Assembly (NCBI GenBank): GCA_001724265.1
Contig: MEDY01000161.1
Location: forward strand, 1 to 64,000
Length of the DNA: 64,000 bases
Reading direction: 5' to 3'
Source: Rhizaria sp. SCN 62-66
Taxonomy: Eukaryota
In this document: positions 37,990 to 51,116 of the stretch, piece by piece
Numbering within the stretch: the stretch's first letter is position 1
Layout: every line of letters begins with the position of its first letter
The notes under the pieces: generated by a model
What the model was told of the DNA's origin: nothing
What the model saw: the letters and a program-made list of their open reading frames with translations, nothing else
The model's database searches: none
Translations under genes and position numbers: made by a program

Positions 37990-39712
37990 TTACTGCTGTG
38001 CGCTTGTCACAACAACACTAGTGGTGACGACTGGAACACTCGTCGGCGTAGCGACATGCTCAGTCTCGGCGGGAGCTTTTTCTCCATCCTGGGGTGACGC
38101 AAAGAAAAGAATGATGTCGTACAGTAATGAAACAGCAGCAATAATGCCACCAGAAGGAATAAACTCCATAGGATCTGCTTTCCATTCTTGGACGGCCTCG
38201 CGCGCAACAACTGCATTTACAGTACCAACAATGACAACGATCACAAGAATACCGTAGATTACGTGAAAAGTGATGCTTGCCCCGAGCTGTCCAGCGTAGA
38301 GACCACGACGGCATACTTGACAGCAGTTACCAAAAAAACCAAGCCAAACCAGGAAACCGACATACGGGACAATAACAAAAAACGCCCCCATTGAAGGCTC
38401 AGCAATCCTTGGCATGCACGTAGATGTATAATATAAACCTTCTTCCGTAATCCCAAGATCCGTGATGCGCCGAAGTGTGTAGAGGAATATCAGTGCAATA
38501 AAGTGAATCTTGATCATGAGCTGTGCAGTAAGCATAATAAAGCCATATTTAAGAGACTTGCCGCGCTCCTTAAAGGTCCAGAGTGCAGAGATAACATATG
38601 CGGCAAAAAGGAAGAATGTTCCTGCCACCGTCCCCCTCCAGCTGTAGATGTCACTTCCACTGTACTGATAATAGTTGTCGCGGTTTCTATGGCAGCGGTC
38701 AAAGCTATAGTCATTCTGAGACGCAGCAAGCAAGATGAATGCAACGAGGCAAAGAATGATGTTGATGGCCATTCCAGAGAACAAAACGCCAGAGGAAACA
38801 GACTTGGGGAGTAGAGAACCCGGAGGTGGCACGTCTCGAGAGACCGGCTGCTGCTGCTGTTGAGGCGGAGGGTAGTAACCGGGGTACGCGCCCTGAGGGT
38901 AGTAACCCTGCTGTAGTGGGTACGGACGCGGTTGCGGGTAAGGGCCTTGCTGCTGTGGGTAAGGGCCTTGCTGCGGGTATGGGCCTTGCTGCGGGTATGG
39001 GCCTTGCTGCGGGTATGGGCCTTGCTGCGGGTATGGGCCCTGTTGCGGGTATGGGCCCTGTTGCGAATAAGGCCCCTGTTGCAAGGAAGGCGATGGTTGC
39101 CCATTCACACCAGGGTACGAGTAACTTGGCGGCAGCACCTGCTGCTGCTGCTGCTGTTGCTGCTGTTGCTGCTTCATCACTTCCCCCTTCTTTGAGTCAG
39201 GCACATAACCGTGTCCAAAGGCAGGAAATACGTCGGGGGTCTTGTTTTGAGGCGATGGCTGCTGTTGCGCCTGTTCAGGAGCTGGGACAGCAGCCGCTGA
39301 AGTGTTAACAGCGGTTGGAGTGGGAGGCTGGTGGTTTGTTGGAAGGAGCTCTAGCTCGACAGCTGCTGGGCCAGCAGGCTCTATTATTCAGAAAGTTCGT
39401 GTCAAAAAATAGCAAAAAAATCAATAAGCAATGTTTCATTGCAATTTGAAGCGCTGGAGTTGCAGACAAGAGAAGGTGGTGAAAGGAGGCGCGAGGCTGT
39501 TGACCTTACCAGACATCTGCGACAAGAAGTCTTCAATAGGACACAAAAAAGGGCAAAAAGACGGTCAGCAAAAGCGAACTCAATAAAATATCATCAAAGT
39601 TTACAAAAGTAAGTCAGCGATAGATGCTAAGCGTGAAACACATCGTTACTGTTCAGAAAATTGGTTTCTCCTTCATGGAAAAGAATTAAAGATACATTTT
39701 TGTACTTACCAT
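37990..39712 (-). CDS. Multi-pass membrane protein with Gln/Pro/Tyr/Gly-rich N-terminus; exons 39712-39710, 39516-39510, 39380-37990 (or start at ATG 39516); ~466 aa
   Basis: The frame is open from 39380 to TAA. About 6 hydrophobic helices follow (QQGPYP)n. GTAAG donors and pyrimidine-rich acceptors give M-MSEPAG in frame. Confidence 0.7.
38921..39083 (-). repeat. 18-nt coding minisatellite, (QQGPYP) about 8 copies
   Basis: Repeated GGGCCTTGCTGCGGGTAT on the plus strand. Confidence 0.9.
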
Positions 39713-41019
39713 GGTGAAAGACCGTGAGCGGTGACAAGAGCGTCCAGATATTCAAGTTGGGAGACTGTATTGCGAAGAAGGACTGCAAATACACTTAAGA
39801 TACTTAGATTCATCGCATTGAACTCAACTCAATAATGGAGCGTGAATATTCATGTTAATTCATTCATGACTCGTACATGACTACAACTGAATAGTGACGC
39901 AACGTGACAACTTTCCTCTTGGTTGAGAGTGTCAAGGTGTTGAGAACTCTACGGACTGTCACAATGATTGAAGTAAGACCAATTATAGGGACATAGAGAC
40001 AATACTTTCCAGATACATATTGAAGTTTCGTTTCACACACTCATGTTTTTTTCAACATACAAGGAGCTTAAGTTGAGATACCTGTCCTTTAGAGTTGAGC
40101 TTGAAAGCACTTTCTTGTATCGCGATACAGTGAGCTGACTGACCGCGAAAAGCGATTACTTTTAAGGGGGAGTTGCAAGCAGCAACTCACAATTGTATAT
40201 ATTTGCTGCATACATTGTGCAACCCTAAATTGAACTCCAACTCCTTCTGTTTTCCTCTTCTTTGATGTATGGGTTGTTGGCATTGCATCTTAATATGCGT
40301 CACGAAATATCTGAAGTGAAATACACGTATCGCGAGGTAGCACCAATGTCACAAGTACATTGTACATTGACCTAGGTGATGTACAAAGCTCATAATCATC
40401 TTGTATAATTTCATGATGCATCTCTAATAGTTTGACACCTCATACGTACGCGACATTGTTATGCTGACAAATACTACGTATATTAAGAGAAGACAAGTGC
40501 AATAAGAGATAATAATGTTTTCATAACATTTAAATGTAGGTTTTAAATTTAGAAACTTGATTTCGTTGTGATTTAACTCGATTTCACGAGTGTACCACTT
40601 AAAACATCTCTATACACGCCTGCATAACAACACTTGCCGAAAATGTGACCGTTGGAGCTCGGCAGTGGCAGCGAGCGGGCCGTTGGTGTGATTTGAAGGC
40701 GACATTGCAGTCCTTCAACTGAGCTGCATATCCAATGAAACAAGAATATAACGCACAGAGCAGCGTTTTGTAGTAATGAATATTTTGAAGTAAATCATAA
40801 TTTTGCTGTGTCTTGTATCTGTGTCTCAGGACGCGCTCTTTTGAGCCTCGTGCACGCTCCTCCCACTCTCACCCCCATATCCTCTCGCCACGCCACACCA
40901 CGCACTAATTTCTTCGCTAACGTTTCACTTCCCCTTTTAGCCTAAAACAAACAGCTTGCTTTCTTTTCGTAGAACCGCTAGATCCATTTCACGACTCCTC
41001 TAACAATCGAGACCACAGA

Positions 41020-44000
41020 ATGAGCCGCGAGGTCAGCCCGGAGCGTGCCCCCGCCGCGCCCGCCGCGCGCGTGGCCCCCGCTGCCCGTACTGCCGCCTCC
41101 GCCGCTGCCCGCCGCGCCCCCGGCCGCGCGCCCGCGCTGGACGACGACGACTCGGACCCCGAAGGCACTGCTCTTCAGTCTGCTCTGTCACAGCCCCACG
41201 AAGACGACGACGGCAACGACGACAACGACCTCGACCGTCACAACGACAACGCTGATACCGAGGCTCCCGTGCCGTTCCGCTCGTCCTCGCCGCCTCTGCC
41301 CGCGATGCGCGGCCCCGCTGCCGCGCCCGCCGCCGACGAGCGCCCCCTCGGTGGTGCTCATTCCGGCTCCGGCGGCATCGAAGAGGCCCCCCTGCGCGCT
41401 TCCAGCGTCTTTAACAGCAGCGCTAAGGACCCTTTCGCCGGTATGGCCGACGCCTACCCGCCCGGTTTCGACCCCGCGTCTCTCGAAAACAATAGCGCTG
41501 GTGCTGGCGGTGACGACGGCACTGGCGGCGGCAGCGCCGATGATTCTGCCTGGGCATCCCTCCCGGTTGAAGACCGCTTCGTCCACAAGAACTTCAAGGC
41601 CCGTATCTCTGCGTACGACGAACTCCGTGCCGCCGTTGACGCCAGCGTTGCCCGCGGCGAGCGTGGCGCTACCTCGATGCTGCTGAACGAGCGCGCCGGC
41701 CTGCTCCGTGGTGCGATAAAGAAAGAGCCCCACGCACTCGCCGGTGAGAAACTACTGGATCTGCTCTTGGCGTGGGCTGACGCCGCCGCACCAGCACTGG
41801 CTCAGTCGTGCGCGGAAGCCTCCGCCGCCGCGGTGGCCGAGCAGCTCAAGGGCCGCCCCGCCGCGGCCGCTAAGGCGCAGGCGTTGCTGTTGCTGTTCAT
41901 CGAAGTCGGTGGCTGGGAGCCAGTTTTAGACGCTCTCGCAGCCGGTGGCAAGGGGAAGAACCCCAAAGCCGCCGCCGAATGCGTCCGCACGCTTCGCACC
42001 GCCGTCGCCGCGTTTGGCCCGCGCGTGCTGCCGCCGCAGAAGCTGCTGAAGCCGCTCGCGGCATTGTTGGGATCTCCCGCAGACGCAGTGCGCCGAGCCG
42101 CCGCTGAGCTCGTGTGCGAACTCGACCGGTGGTCGCCGCCCGGAGTAATCCTTCAAGCTCTGCAGGGCCACGACGTGCGCCCCGCGGTGATCAAAGAGGT
42201 CGGCGACGCTATCGCGCTCGCGGCCACGCGCGCGGCCGCCGCTGAGGAAGGCGTTGCGCCGCCGCAGGCGACGCGGTTTGTGCGCGGTAAAGACGGCGCC
42301 GCCGCGGCTGGCCGCCCTTCAGTCGCCACCGCGGGCGGCGGGTCCCGCGCCTCTATGGCCGGCGCTGCCGGCGCGGACATGGGCTTTACGATTGAGCTGC
42401 CCGCGAAGGATGTCTGCGCCGAGCCTCAGGATTTCGCCACTGCATTTGAGGCCGCCCCTGTGTGGGCAGAGCGCCGCGCGCTCTTGACCGGGCTCTGCAC
42501 TGCGGCCGCGGGTGCCTCGCGCGTTACCGTTTCCGGCGCGACGCACAGCGCGATGGCTGTCGTCCGCAAGATTGGTTTCAGTGACCCCAACGCCGCTGTT
42601 GTGGCTGAGTCGGTCAAGGCGATCGCGGCGCTCGCGCGCAAGGCTGGCCCGGCGTTCGCGCCCGTTGCGTCCAGTCTAATTGGCCCTATGCTGGCGTTGC
42701 TGAGGGAGAAGAAGCCCGCCGTCGCCCGCCCGCTTGAAGAGGCCCTAGACGCGCTTTGGAACCCCGGTTGCATTGACCGCAGCTCAGCTTTCGATGCTGT
42801 TGCCAAGGCTACCGCGAACAAGGTCATCGCAGTCCGCGCCGGCGCCTGCGCCTGGCTCGTCCGTGCGGCTTCTCTTTCCGCCGCCGCCCCCGGTGCCGCG
42901 GCAAAGACGCGCCCTCTCGGCGGCGGCCGTGGCGACGAGGCCGTGACGGCAGCGCTCGGTGATGCGCTTGTTCCGCTGCTCGACGAGTCAGACTCGACCG
43001 TCCGCGTCGAAGCGCTCGAGCTCTTGGCACGCCTCGCTCTCCCGTTGCGCAAGCGTTTCGACGCGTTATTGAGCAAGCTCCCACCCAAGCGTGCTGAGCA
43101 GCTCCGTGAGCGCGTCGCTCAAGTTGCAGGCTCCGACTCCGTTGCTGGGTCTGCGGGGAGTGACCAACAGGAAGACTCTGGTGACTTTGGCGGCCGTGGT
43201 GCCGGTGCGGCGGCGACTCACCGCGGCAAATCTACAGTGTCGTCGCCGCAGCGTCCTACAGCACGTCCTTCCACATCCTCTAGCAGCAACTCCAGCTCGA
43301 GCTCGAGCTCAAGCAGTGCACGCCCTGGCACTGCCGCCGCGACGGGCGCGCCGTCTGCCCGCGCCCGCCCCGCTACCGCCGCCACCGCTACTTCCAGCTC
43401 CGGCGCCGGCTCTGGCGCCAGTGGAGCTGGAGCGCCGAAGCTTGGCGCGCCGTCCAAGGAGTACAAAGACGCTGTTGCGTTCGCACCCGAGTCCGTTCTC
43501 CCGCTTGAAACAGCGCAAGAACGTCTCAGTGCGTTAGTTGACCCTGATCTGCTCGGTCCGGAGGCGCTCAGCTCGAAGAACTGGAAACAAGCCTCGGACG
43601 CCTGTGAAGCGTTGCAGACGGCGTTGCTTGACTTGCCACCAGCGCAGTTGCAAGAGGCTGTGGCGCCGCTTTTTTCGGTCCTCAAGGCCACCCCCGGCTT
43701 CGGTCCAGCGCACGCCGCCGTCGGGAAAGCCGTCTGCGAGCTTTTAACTGCCGTTGTGGCCGATGTGCCGGCAACCGCGGTGACCCAGACGCAGGCGGCG
43801 CGGCCGCTCGCGGACTTGCTGCCGCGCCTCACTGACCGCAAAGTCGCTGATGCCGCGCTGGCACTGCTTTCTGCGCTTTCTGAGTGTGTCGGGCCCTGTT
43901 TCGTGCTTGTGCAGCTCCGCGCCCGCGCCGCCGCTCTCAAGGCCCCCAAAGCCGTTGAAGCCGCCGCCGGCTGGGTCGAGACAGTGCTCCGCGAGTTCGG

Positions 44001-47000
44001 CGTTTTAGCCTGTGATCCGCGCGCCGTGCTGGCGCCCTGCGCGGACTGGCTCGAGAGCGCCAACGCCGGCGTCCGCACCGCAGCTCTCGGTGCTCTGGTC
44101 GAAATGCATAGGCAGACTGGCGGCGCGCTGGATGAGGCCGTTCTCGCCGAGCTCAAGCCGGCACAGGCGGCGCGTGTCAAGACCGCGTTTGCGGAGTGTT
44201 CTGAGGAGGAAATGGCAGAGGGTCGCGCGCGTGCGCTCGACCCTCCCCGGCGCGTGCGTAACCCTGCTCTGCGTCAACAAGGCGGTGGCTCCGGAGGCTC
44301 AAATAGCACTTCCGCTGCAAACGCGCTCGATGCACTGGTTGCACAGGTGGACTTGTCTGCTGGTGCGGAGGCATTGATGAAGCAGATGCGCTCCAAGGAC
44401 TGGAAGGAACGCAAGGCCGCGCTTGATACTTTAACCACACTTGTACCAGAGAAGCCTAACTCTGTCGGACCCAAGGTACGCAATCTAGCAATTTACTTGC
44501 ATCGTGTTTTTTTCATTGACTCAACTCAAAATATGCATATAATCATTATTAACACTTAAAATATGCAACTATTTGCAAATTTAATGATTTTGATTTTTAT
44601 CTCTACACTTAAACTCAACTATTCGTTGTTTTGTTGTCTCACAATTGCATTTTAGGAGGGTGGCTTATTGGATGCTGTTACAGAGCGTCTCGACGACACC
44701 AACAAAAACCTTTCCCGTCAGGCTCTATACCTTATCGGCCGTATCTCCCGCGCCATGGGCCCTCCCGTGCGTCTTTCCGGCCGCAAAGCCCTCGCTGGGC
44801 TGTTAACCAAGCTTGACGACGGTAAAGGTTACGTAAAGGCCGAGGCGGAGGAAGCGCTCATGGCGTGGACCGCCGCCGCCGGTTTGCAAGCCTCCTCCGC
44901 GCTTTTTGCCGGTGCATTGAAACGTGGCGCCGGCCGCCGTGAGGTGTTGGCGGCTATCAACGCCGCAGTCGCCGCCGGCCCCCTACAACACGAGTCAACT
45001 GCAGCCGGTGCGGGGTTCCTCGATATGGCCGCGGGGCTGGTCGCGAGCATGACTGACCGGTCGGCCGAAGTCAAAAACGAGGCTGAGAAGCTGTTGCCAC
45101 GGGTTATTGCTGCGCAGGGAGGACTCCGAGCACTTCAAACCGCTGCAGAGACTTACCCGAAGGCTATTCACGTACGTTTAACACACTTGAACAACTACAA
45201 ATTTCTGAATTTTTGCATAGTTTCTGAATTTAATTTGTATATCACTTTTTTAATTTTGTTTGCTTTCGCTTTGTTTTGTTTGTCTCTGTTTAGCTTGATT
45301 TGACTGCGCGTATCGAGCGTGCACTCCAGGAGGCCCACGCTCAAGGTGCAGTATCCTCCTCTGACAACCACTCTACCGCTGTCGCCGCCGCTGTTGCTGG
45401 CACGGGCACGGCTGCCCGCGCAGGCCACGGCGCCGCCTCTGCCCGCGCTGGCTCCAGCAGTGGCGCGCCCGCTCGCGCCGGCACTGCCAACGCTTCCGCC
45501 GCCACCGCTGCTGCCGCTGCGACAACCCGCCCCGGCACCGCCGCCCCTGCCTCTCGCGGCGGCCCTGCCGCCTCCGCCACCGCCGCAGCGAGCCGCGGCG
45601 CTTCACACACCGCATCCCACGCGCCCGCCGCGAACCCCGCTGCCACCCTCGCCGCTGCCGCCACCATTGATGAGCCTGCTTTGAGGTCTCTCGGCCGCGC
45701 CGCCCGCGCCGCTCGGTTGAATCGCGACGCCAAGCGCGTCCGCACCGGCGGCGCGTACCGTGACATGGACGGCGGTGAAGTGGCCGAGCTGCACGAAGAC
45801 CTGGCTCGGCTCTGCGCGTCGCGGTTAGCGCGCGCGCTCGTCTCGCTGGACCACAGGATCTTTTGCGACGGAGCCGCCACCCTGACGGCCGCGCTTGAAG
45901 TCCAGCTCGACGAGGCCTTGGAGTCGGTTGATATCGTCTTGCGTCTGTGTGCGTACCGGCTTCACGACTCGAACCCCGCTGCTCTGGCGGCGACACTGGC
46001 TCTACTGGTTGCGCTTTTGACAGCGACGGCTGAGGCTGGCGCTGAAGGTGCCGTCTCCGAGCTCGACGTCGCTGTCTTCCTCCCCTTCCTTGTCGAGAAG
46101 ATGTTTGGCCACAACAACGCCAAGCTCCGCACGCAGGCCCTGCACGTGCTAAACTTGCTCTGCAACGTTGCCCCTCCGGCCCGCGTCTTGCCTTTCCTGC
46201 TCGACGGCTGCCGGTCTAAGAGCAAACGCGTCGTCGCAGACTGCGCGGAGGAAGTCGGCGCTTTGATCCAGGCGCGGGGGCTACACGTGGCGCCCGCGCG
46301 CACGCTGCCGGTGCTGGTTTCGCTCATCGGGGCCGCCGACGCCGGGGTCCGCACTGCGGCGCTTAATGCACTGGTGAGGATTCACGGTATGTGGACCGCG
46401 TCTGAGGCGGAGCTGTGGCGGCTGCTGGAGCCGCGGGGGGCGCGGATCCCGGACCGTGAGAGGCAGATGATTGTGGACCGTTTCCGCCGTGCTTCGCTAC
46501 AACAACAGCAGCAGCACGGTGGGATGGGTCACCACGAGACGGAACCCACGCTCGGCGAGCTTGCTGACTCTGCCCCTCACCACAACCAACAACAGCAACA
46601 ACAGCAACCTGTCACTGCTGCTGCAGCTGTGGTCCCGTCGTTGCTCCCAGCTGGGTCTCAGATTGCGTCACCCTCCCGTCTCCGTGGCCCCAGCAGCACC
46701 GCTGCCGCCGCCCCCGCTGCCGCTGTCGCCGCTGCTGGTGCTGCTGCTGCGCAGTCGTCTGCGCCAGTGCAGGCGGTGGGCGTGACTGCGCTCGCGCCGT
46801 ACCTTTCCGTGCTCGCCAGCAGTCGCTCCGAGGACGAGTGCGTTGAAGCCATGCGCCAGGCATGGATGTGGCTTTCCCAAGCCAACGCCGACGCCTTGTG
46901 TCCCGACGCGGGCCTGCTGTGCGAGCTGCTTGTGCGTCAAGTCAACAAGTCCTTTGGCGCCGCGACAGAGCACGAGTTCGCGGTTGCCGCGACATCCGTT

Positions 47001-48203
47001 TTCCTCCCAGCAGCCGCGCTCGAACGGCCGATGCACCACCGCCTGTGCAAGTACGCTCTCAACACTGTCATGGAGGTGTTTAAGCATTCCGCGCTCGCGC
47101 TTGCCGTGCCGCAACCGACTCTGCGCCAGCTTCACTTGGCGCTGCTGGGCCGGCTGCTGGATCCGCGTCTCCGTACGCAGCGTCAGGATCCCGAGGTGCG
47201 CGGTCTCGTCAAGGGGCTTAACGTGCTGATGCTGAAGGTTCTCGACGCCGGCGGTTTCACAGCGGGTTTCGTGACTTTACTCGACTTCCTCACGGAAGGA
47301 TGCGCAGACTCTCAGCAGAAGGTGTTCACCGATCTCGTCGTGCGCTGCGTTGTCAAGCTTGCGAAGAAGCTTGCCGAGCGCGTTGACTCGCTTGACGTCG
47401 CTGCTGTATTGGGCGCTGTGCACGTCTTTCTCGTCCGTCACCCGCCCGCGTCGTTCGCAGAGCAAGGGCGTGATGATATGCCGCTCAAGACGGTACGCAC
47501 TGTCGTGACAGAGCTGATTAAGCTGCGTGGCGAGGCGCTGCTCCAGGATATGGGTGAGCTGCCCGGCAACTCCCGCGTTGTCGCATGGTTCCACGCTATC
47601 TACGCCCACTTGCGCCAGCAGGCTGAGGCTGAGGCCGCTGCGGCCGCCGTTGCTGCTGCCGCGAGCCCTGCTGATTCCGGCGAAGCCGAAGATAGCGTTG
47701 GTGCGCTTCGCGCGCTCACCAACAACAACAACGCGGCGACTGCGACTGCAAGTTCTAGCATTTCGCCGTCGCCGATTGCGCTGGGCACACCGATGACGCC
47801 CTCAGTCCCCTCCGGCCCGGCCCCGTTGGCGCCTGCCGACGCTGCTGTCCACACCGCGCTGAACGCGATCTGGGAGCGTGTGCGCACGAAGGAAACCTCG
47901 GCTGATGGATTGATTGAGCTCGCTGCGTTCCGCCGTACGCACCCGGATGCGCCTGTGGAGGAATACATCGCGAAATCGTCCAGTTTCTTTGGCAACTATG
48001 TGCGTCGTGAGCTGGAGAAGATTGAGCTTGCGGAGGCCGCACGCGCTGCCAAAAGCGCTGCTGCAGCTGCCGCGATGGCCGCCGCTGCGCCCGAAGCTGA
48101 CGATGATGCTGAGGGCGATGTTGACGCTGATACGTACGCTGCGGATGCCGCTGCAGCTGCTGCAGCGGAGGCAAATGCTGACGCTGAGCCTGAGGAGTAC
48201 TAA
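41020..48203 (+). CDS. CKAP5: XMAP215/ch-TOG/MOR1 microtubule polymerase; exons 41020-44475, 44656-45171, 45294-48203; ~2293 aa
   Basis: Tandem HEAT/TOG domains beginning LPVEDRFVHKNFKAR, VWAERR, SSKNWKQ and SKDWKERK. LREKKP and AFGPRV motifs, plus the C-terminal CKYALNT / LNVLMLKVL / DDMPLKTV block typical of the family. Phase-0 GTACG introns. Confidence 0.92.
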
Positions 48204-48890
48204 GCGCTACAAGGAAACTTTATTTTACTTTAACTTTACAAAGCATGATATGAAACCAAACTCGATTGATGGGTTTTGCTGTATTGATTGCGCATGCGTA
48301 AGTGCACATCGAGTACATGCAAATCTAGTAGCCGTAATAAAGAGAAATCTATTTTCATCAATAAGTGACTAGTCACTCTTATTTCATAAAATGTACTACT
48401 GGACAATATTACTTCTGCAAAGAGAGCATTCATGTTTATTAAGATGACAACTTCGTTATGCTGAGACTGAACCACATCAACAGACGGTCGGTACTGCTGC
48501 GAATGTTGTAGACTCGTGTAAACAACAAGTTACCCACAAAGGAATATCTTACAGTGCGACTAACGTCCAGGATAATACAAAAAATGTCACATTTCGAGCA
48601 AGATTTAAGCGAAAACCAAGCAATCATGGTGTGCTATATGCACGCTCATATGAAGATCACAAACTGAAGTAACGAACAGTGGTCCGATATCAAGAGACCA
48701 TGCGGTGGCTAATTTAGAGAATAATAACATAGGTAGAGAATAAGTTAAAACGATTAAACAAAAGTTCAAAAACAGCCGCACAATCTGATACGAAACAAGA
48801 GCGAGATAGAAACACAATCTTTCTCTCTCAGCGCAAACAGTTCTGTGTGAGTGTGTTCATAAGTACGGATAGTTTTCACTGCAGTCACGC

Positions 48891-51116
48891 TTAGTGCAGC
48901 CGATATGCGGTTGCACTGGTCGCAGCTGCCGCAGCAGCCGCCGCATCGTCATTGCGCGCTTGCCGCGTCGCAACCCACCTCTTGGCGAGCTCATATGACG
49001 AAATCATCAGCGCACACGACGGCATCACCTTGGCAACACGCGGCGCGAGGCCGATATACAGTCCACGGAGGCCGTCTTCGGCAATAACGGCCCGCAGCGA
49101 GCCGAGAAGTGAGGCAGCCACGCGTTCCCCATCCCCGAAACTCGCGCCCGGGAAAGCGAAGAGCGAAATTTGCCGACGGGTTTTGACCACGTCAAACGGG
49201 TGAGTCGCCAGAGCGGCCGCGGCGCCTGCCGTCGCGCCCGACGCAAACGCACTCGCCCACAGATGCGACGGTGACTCAAGCCCGGCCGCCGTACTCGGCC
49301 GGCCACCGCTAAGTTCAAGAGCGTCGATCGCGGCATCGTCAAGCCCGTGGACGAGGCGGAGTTCGAGTCGCGAGTATCGCGGCTTCAAGAACTCATACCC
49401 CACCCAGTAGATACCGCTGAAAGGCACGTCGCGCCACAGCGTTGCAGTGAGGCCGCGCCAGAGACCGGCGGGGCCGCCGGTGCGCGCACTAACTTGCAGC
49501 CGCTGCCAGAGACTCGGCCTCGGCGCCGCCACAGTAGTTGTTGCAGCACTAGCTGCACCCGCATGGGTGGCAGTGGCGGCATGAGCAGCGGAAACAGCGG
49601 TTGCGCTAACTGCGGTGACAGGGACAGGCACAGCGTGAAGCGGACACGACGGGCCGTGTGCAATTGCCGCGTTGGCTGCCACAGTCCCAGTCGCAGCGGC
49701 AGCAACTTCTGCAGCGGCTGTAGCTGCCGCTGTTGTAGCGGCGGTTTGTGGTGCACAGAGTGCCGCAAGAGCGCGCTGCTTCTGCGCAGCGTGACCGGCT
49801 CTCTCCGCCGCCACCAGGGACCACAGCGACGGCCGTTTCGCGCCATTCACACCTGCCGGTGACGCCATTGTAGTCTGAGCGCGGGTCCGCACAAGCTCCA
49901 GCGGCGCAGTTAACGTCGTCGCGGCAGTGCGGGCGATCGTGCCGGCTAACAAAGCGGGCGCGGCTTGATATAAAAACGAGACTGTGGGCGCCGGTCGGAT
50001 GATAACAGAGCCGTCAGCGTTGGTATGGCGGTCCATCGCGGTGTCATGGCTATGACTGTGCGTGTAACCTTGAGTCCCATGTGTACCGCTGCTGTTATGT
50101 GTATATTTAGCAAGCTGAAGCGCAATAGCAGCGCGCAGTTTGTCGTAAAACGCGAAATACACCGCTGTCGACGGCACAGCCATGGTCAAAGCAGGGGTGA
50201 GACCACGCCATAGTGCGCGCACGCCTTCACGCCGTGTGATTTGACTCAAAGCATCGCGCGCAGAGCTAAACTTCGGGTCAACACCAGCAGCAGCAGTGCT
50301 TGTTGTAGGAACAGAAGAGCTTGATGCTGTATGCACAGAGCTGAGCTTGGGCTCAACAGTCGGCATAGGCGCTGGAGTCGCACTATTGACTGGGATTGAG
50401 GCAGTGGCTGAAGGCGCAGCTGACCCTGTCGCGTTTGTTATTGTTGTTGCTGCCGATGTTGCGCGCGGTGGCGGCACGCTGCCAGAACTCGTGCTAGAGC
50501 TCGCGCTTGAGCTGGGACACGCGCTGGCGTTTGCAGCCCCCGCAGCGCCGGAACCAGCTGGGTGCGCGTGCTGCTGCGGAGGAACAGCTGAGTGCGCGTG
50601 TGCGTGTCCGTGCCCGTGGCGGCTGTGGTGGTTGAGATGCACGCGGGGCGGCGCGGGCTCGAGGTTGCAGCGCGGGCACCAGTACTCAGTGACACCGAGG
50701 TTGAGCTTGGTGAAGTCAGAGCCTCGCAACACGCGCTCGAAATGGGTCCGCGGAGGCTGCGACGCGGCAGCGCCCTGTGCCTGTGCTTGCGCTTGCAGCC
50801 GGTGTTTGACAACGTCGAAGGGAGTCATAAGCAGGGACGTGACGAGGGCGCCGGCGGAGGCAGCGGCGCCGCGTTGGAAGAGCGTGAGCTCGGGGAGGGG
50901 CGCGCCGCTGCCCCGGGTCGCAGTCGCGGATGTCACAGTCACTATCGGTACAGCGACCACCGAATCAGCCTCGACAGCCTCGGGCGCAAGCGCGGCCAAA
51001 GAGATAAAGTCTGACGCTGCTGTGCTCGCGTCGGTTTGTAATGGATAGGGCGGGGCGGGCGGAGGCAGCAGATTGCTACTGCTGCTGCTGTGTCTGGGAG
51101 GGTTGAGATCGGACAT
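48891..51116 (-). CDS. SLC25A39/40: Mitochondrial carrier of the SLC25A39/40 (Mtm1) subfamily, 741 aa with long insertions
   Basis: Three PX[DE]XX[KR]X[KR] signatures (PFDVVKHR, PLELVRTR, PFDVVKTR), LWRGLTPALTMAVPSTAVYF, LWRDVPFSGIYW and PSCALMISSYE. Confidence 0.9.
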   Translation of the reverse strand: MSDLNPPRHSSSSSNLLPPPAPPYPLQTDASTAASDFISLAALAPEAVEADSVVAVPIVTVTSATATRGSGAPLPELTLFQRGAAASAGALVTSLLMTPFDVVKHRLQAQAQAQGAAASQPPRTHFERVLRGSDFTKLNLGVTEYWCPRCNLEPAPPRVHLNHHSRHGHGHAHAHSAVPPQQHAHPAGSGAAGAANASACPSSSASSSTSSGSVPPPRATSAATTITNATGSAAPSATASIPVNSATPAPMPTVEPKLSSVHTASSSSVPTTSTAAAGVDPKFSSARDALSQITRREGVRALWRGLTPALTMAVPSTAVYFAFYDKLRAAIALQLAKYTHNSSGTHGTQGYTHSHSHDTAMDRHTNADGSVIIRPAPTVSFLYQAAPALLAGTIARTAATTLTAPLELVRTRAQTTMASPAGVNGAKRPSLWSLVAAERAGHAAQKQRALAALCAPQTAATTAAATAAAEVAAAATGTVAANAAIAHGPSCPLHAVPVPVTAVSATAVSAAHAATATHAGAASAATTTVAAPRPSLWQRLQVSARTGGPAGLWRGLTATLWRDVPFSGIYWVGYEFLKPRYSRLELRLVHGLDDAAIDALELSGGRPSTAAGLESPSHLWASAFASGATAGAAAALATHPFDVVKTRRQISLFAFPGASFGDGERVAASLLGSLRAVIAEDGLRGLYIGLAPRVAKVMPSCALMISSYELAKRWVATRQARNDDAAAAAAAATSATAYRLH

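Noticed and set aside
39703-39712. ACTTACC resembling the U1 snRNA 5' end
   Set aside because: It is the reverse complement of a GTAAGT donor, and no U1 body follows.
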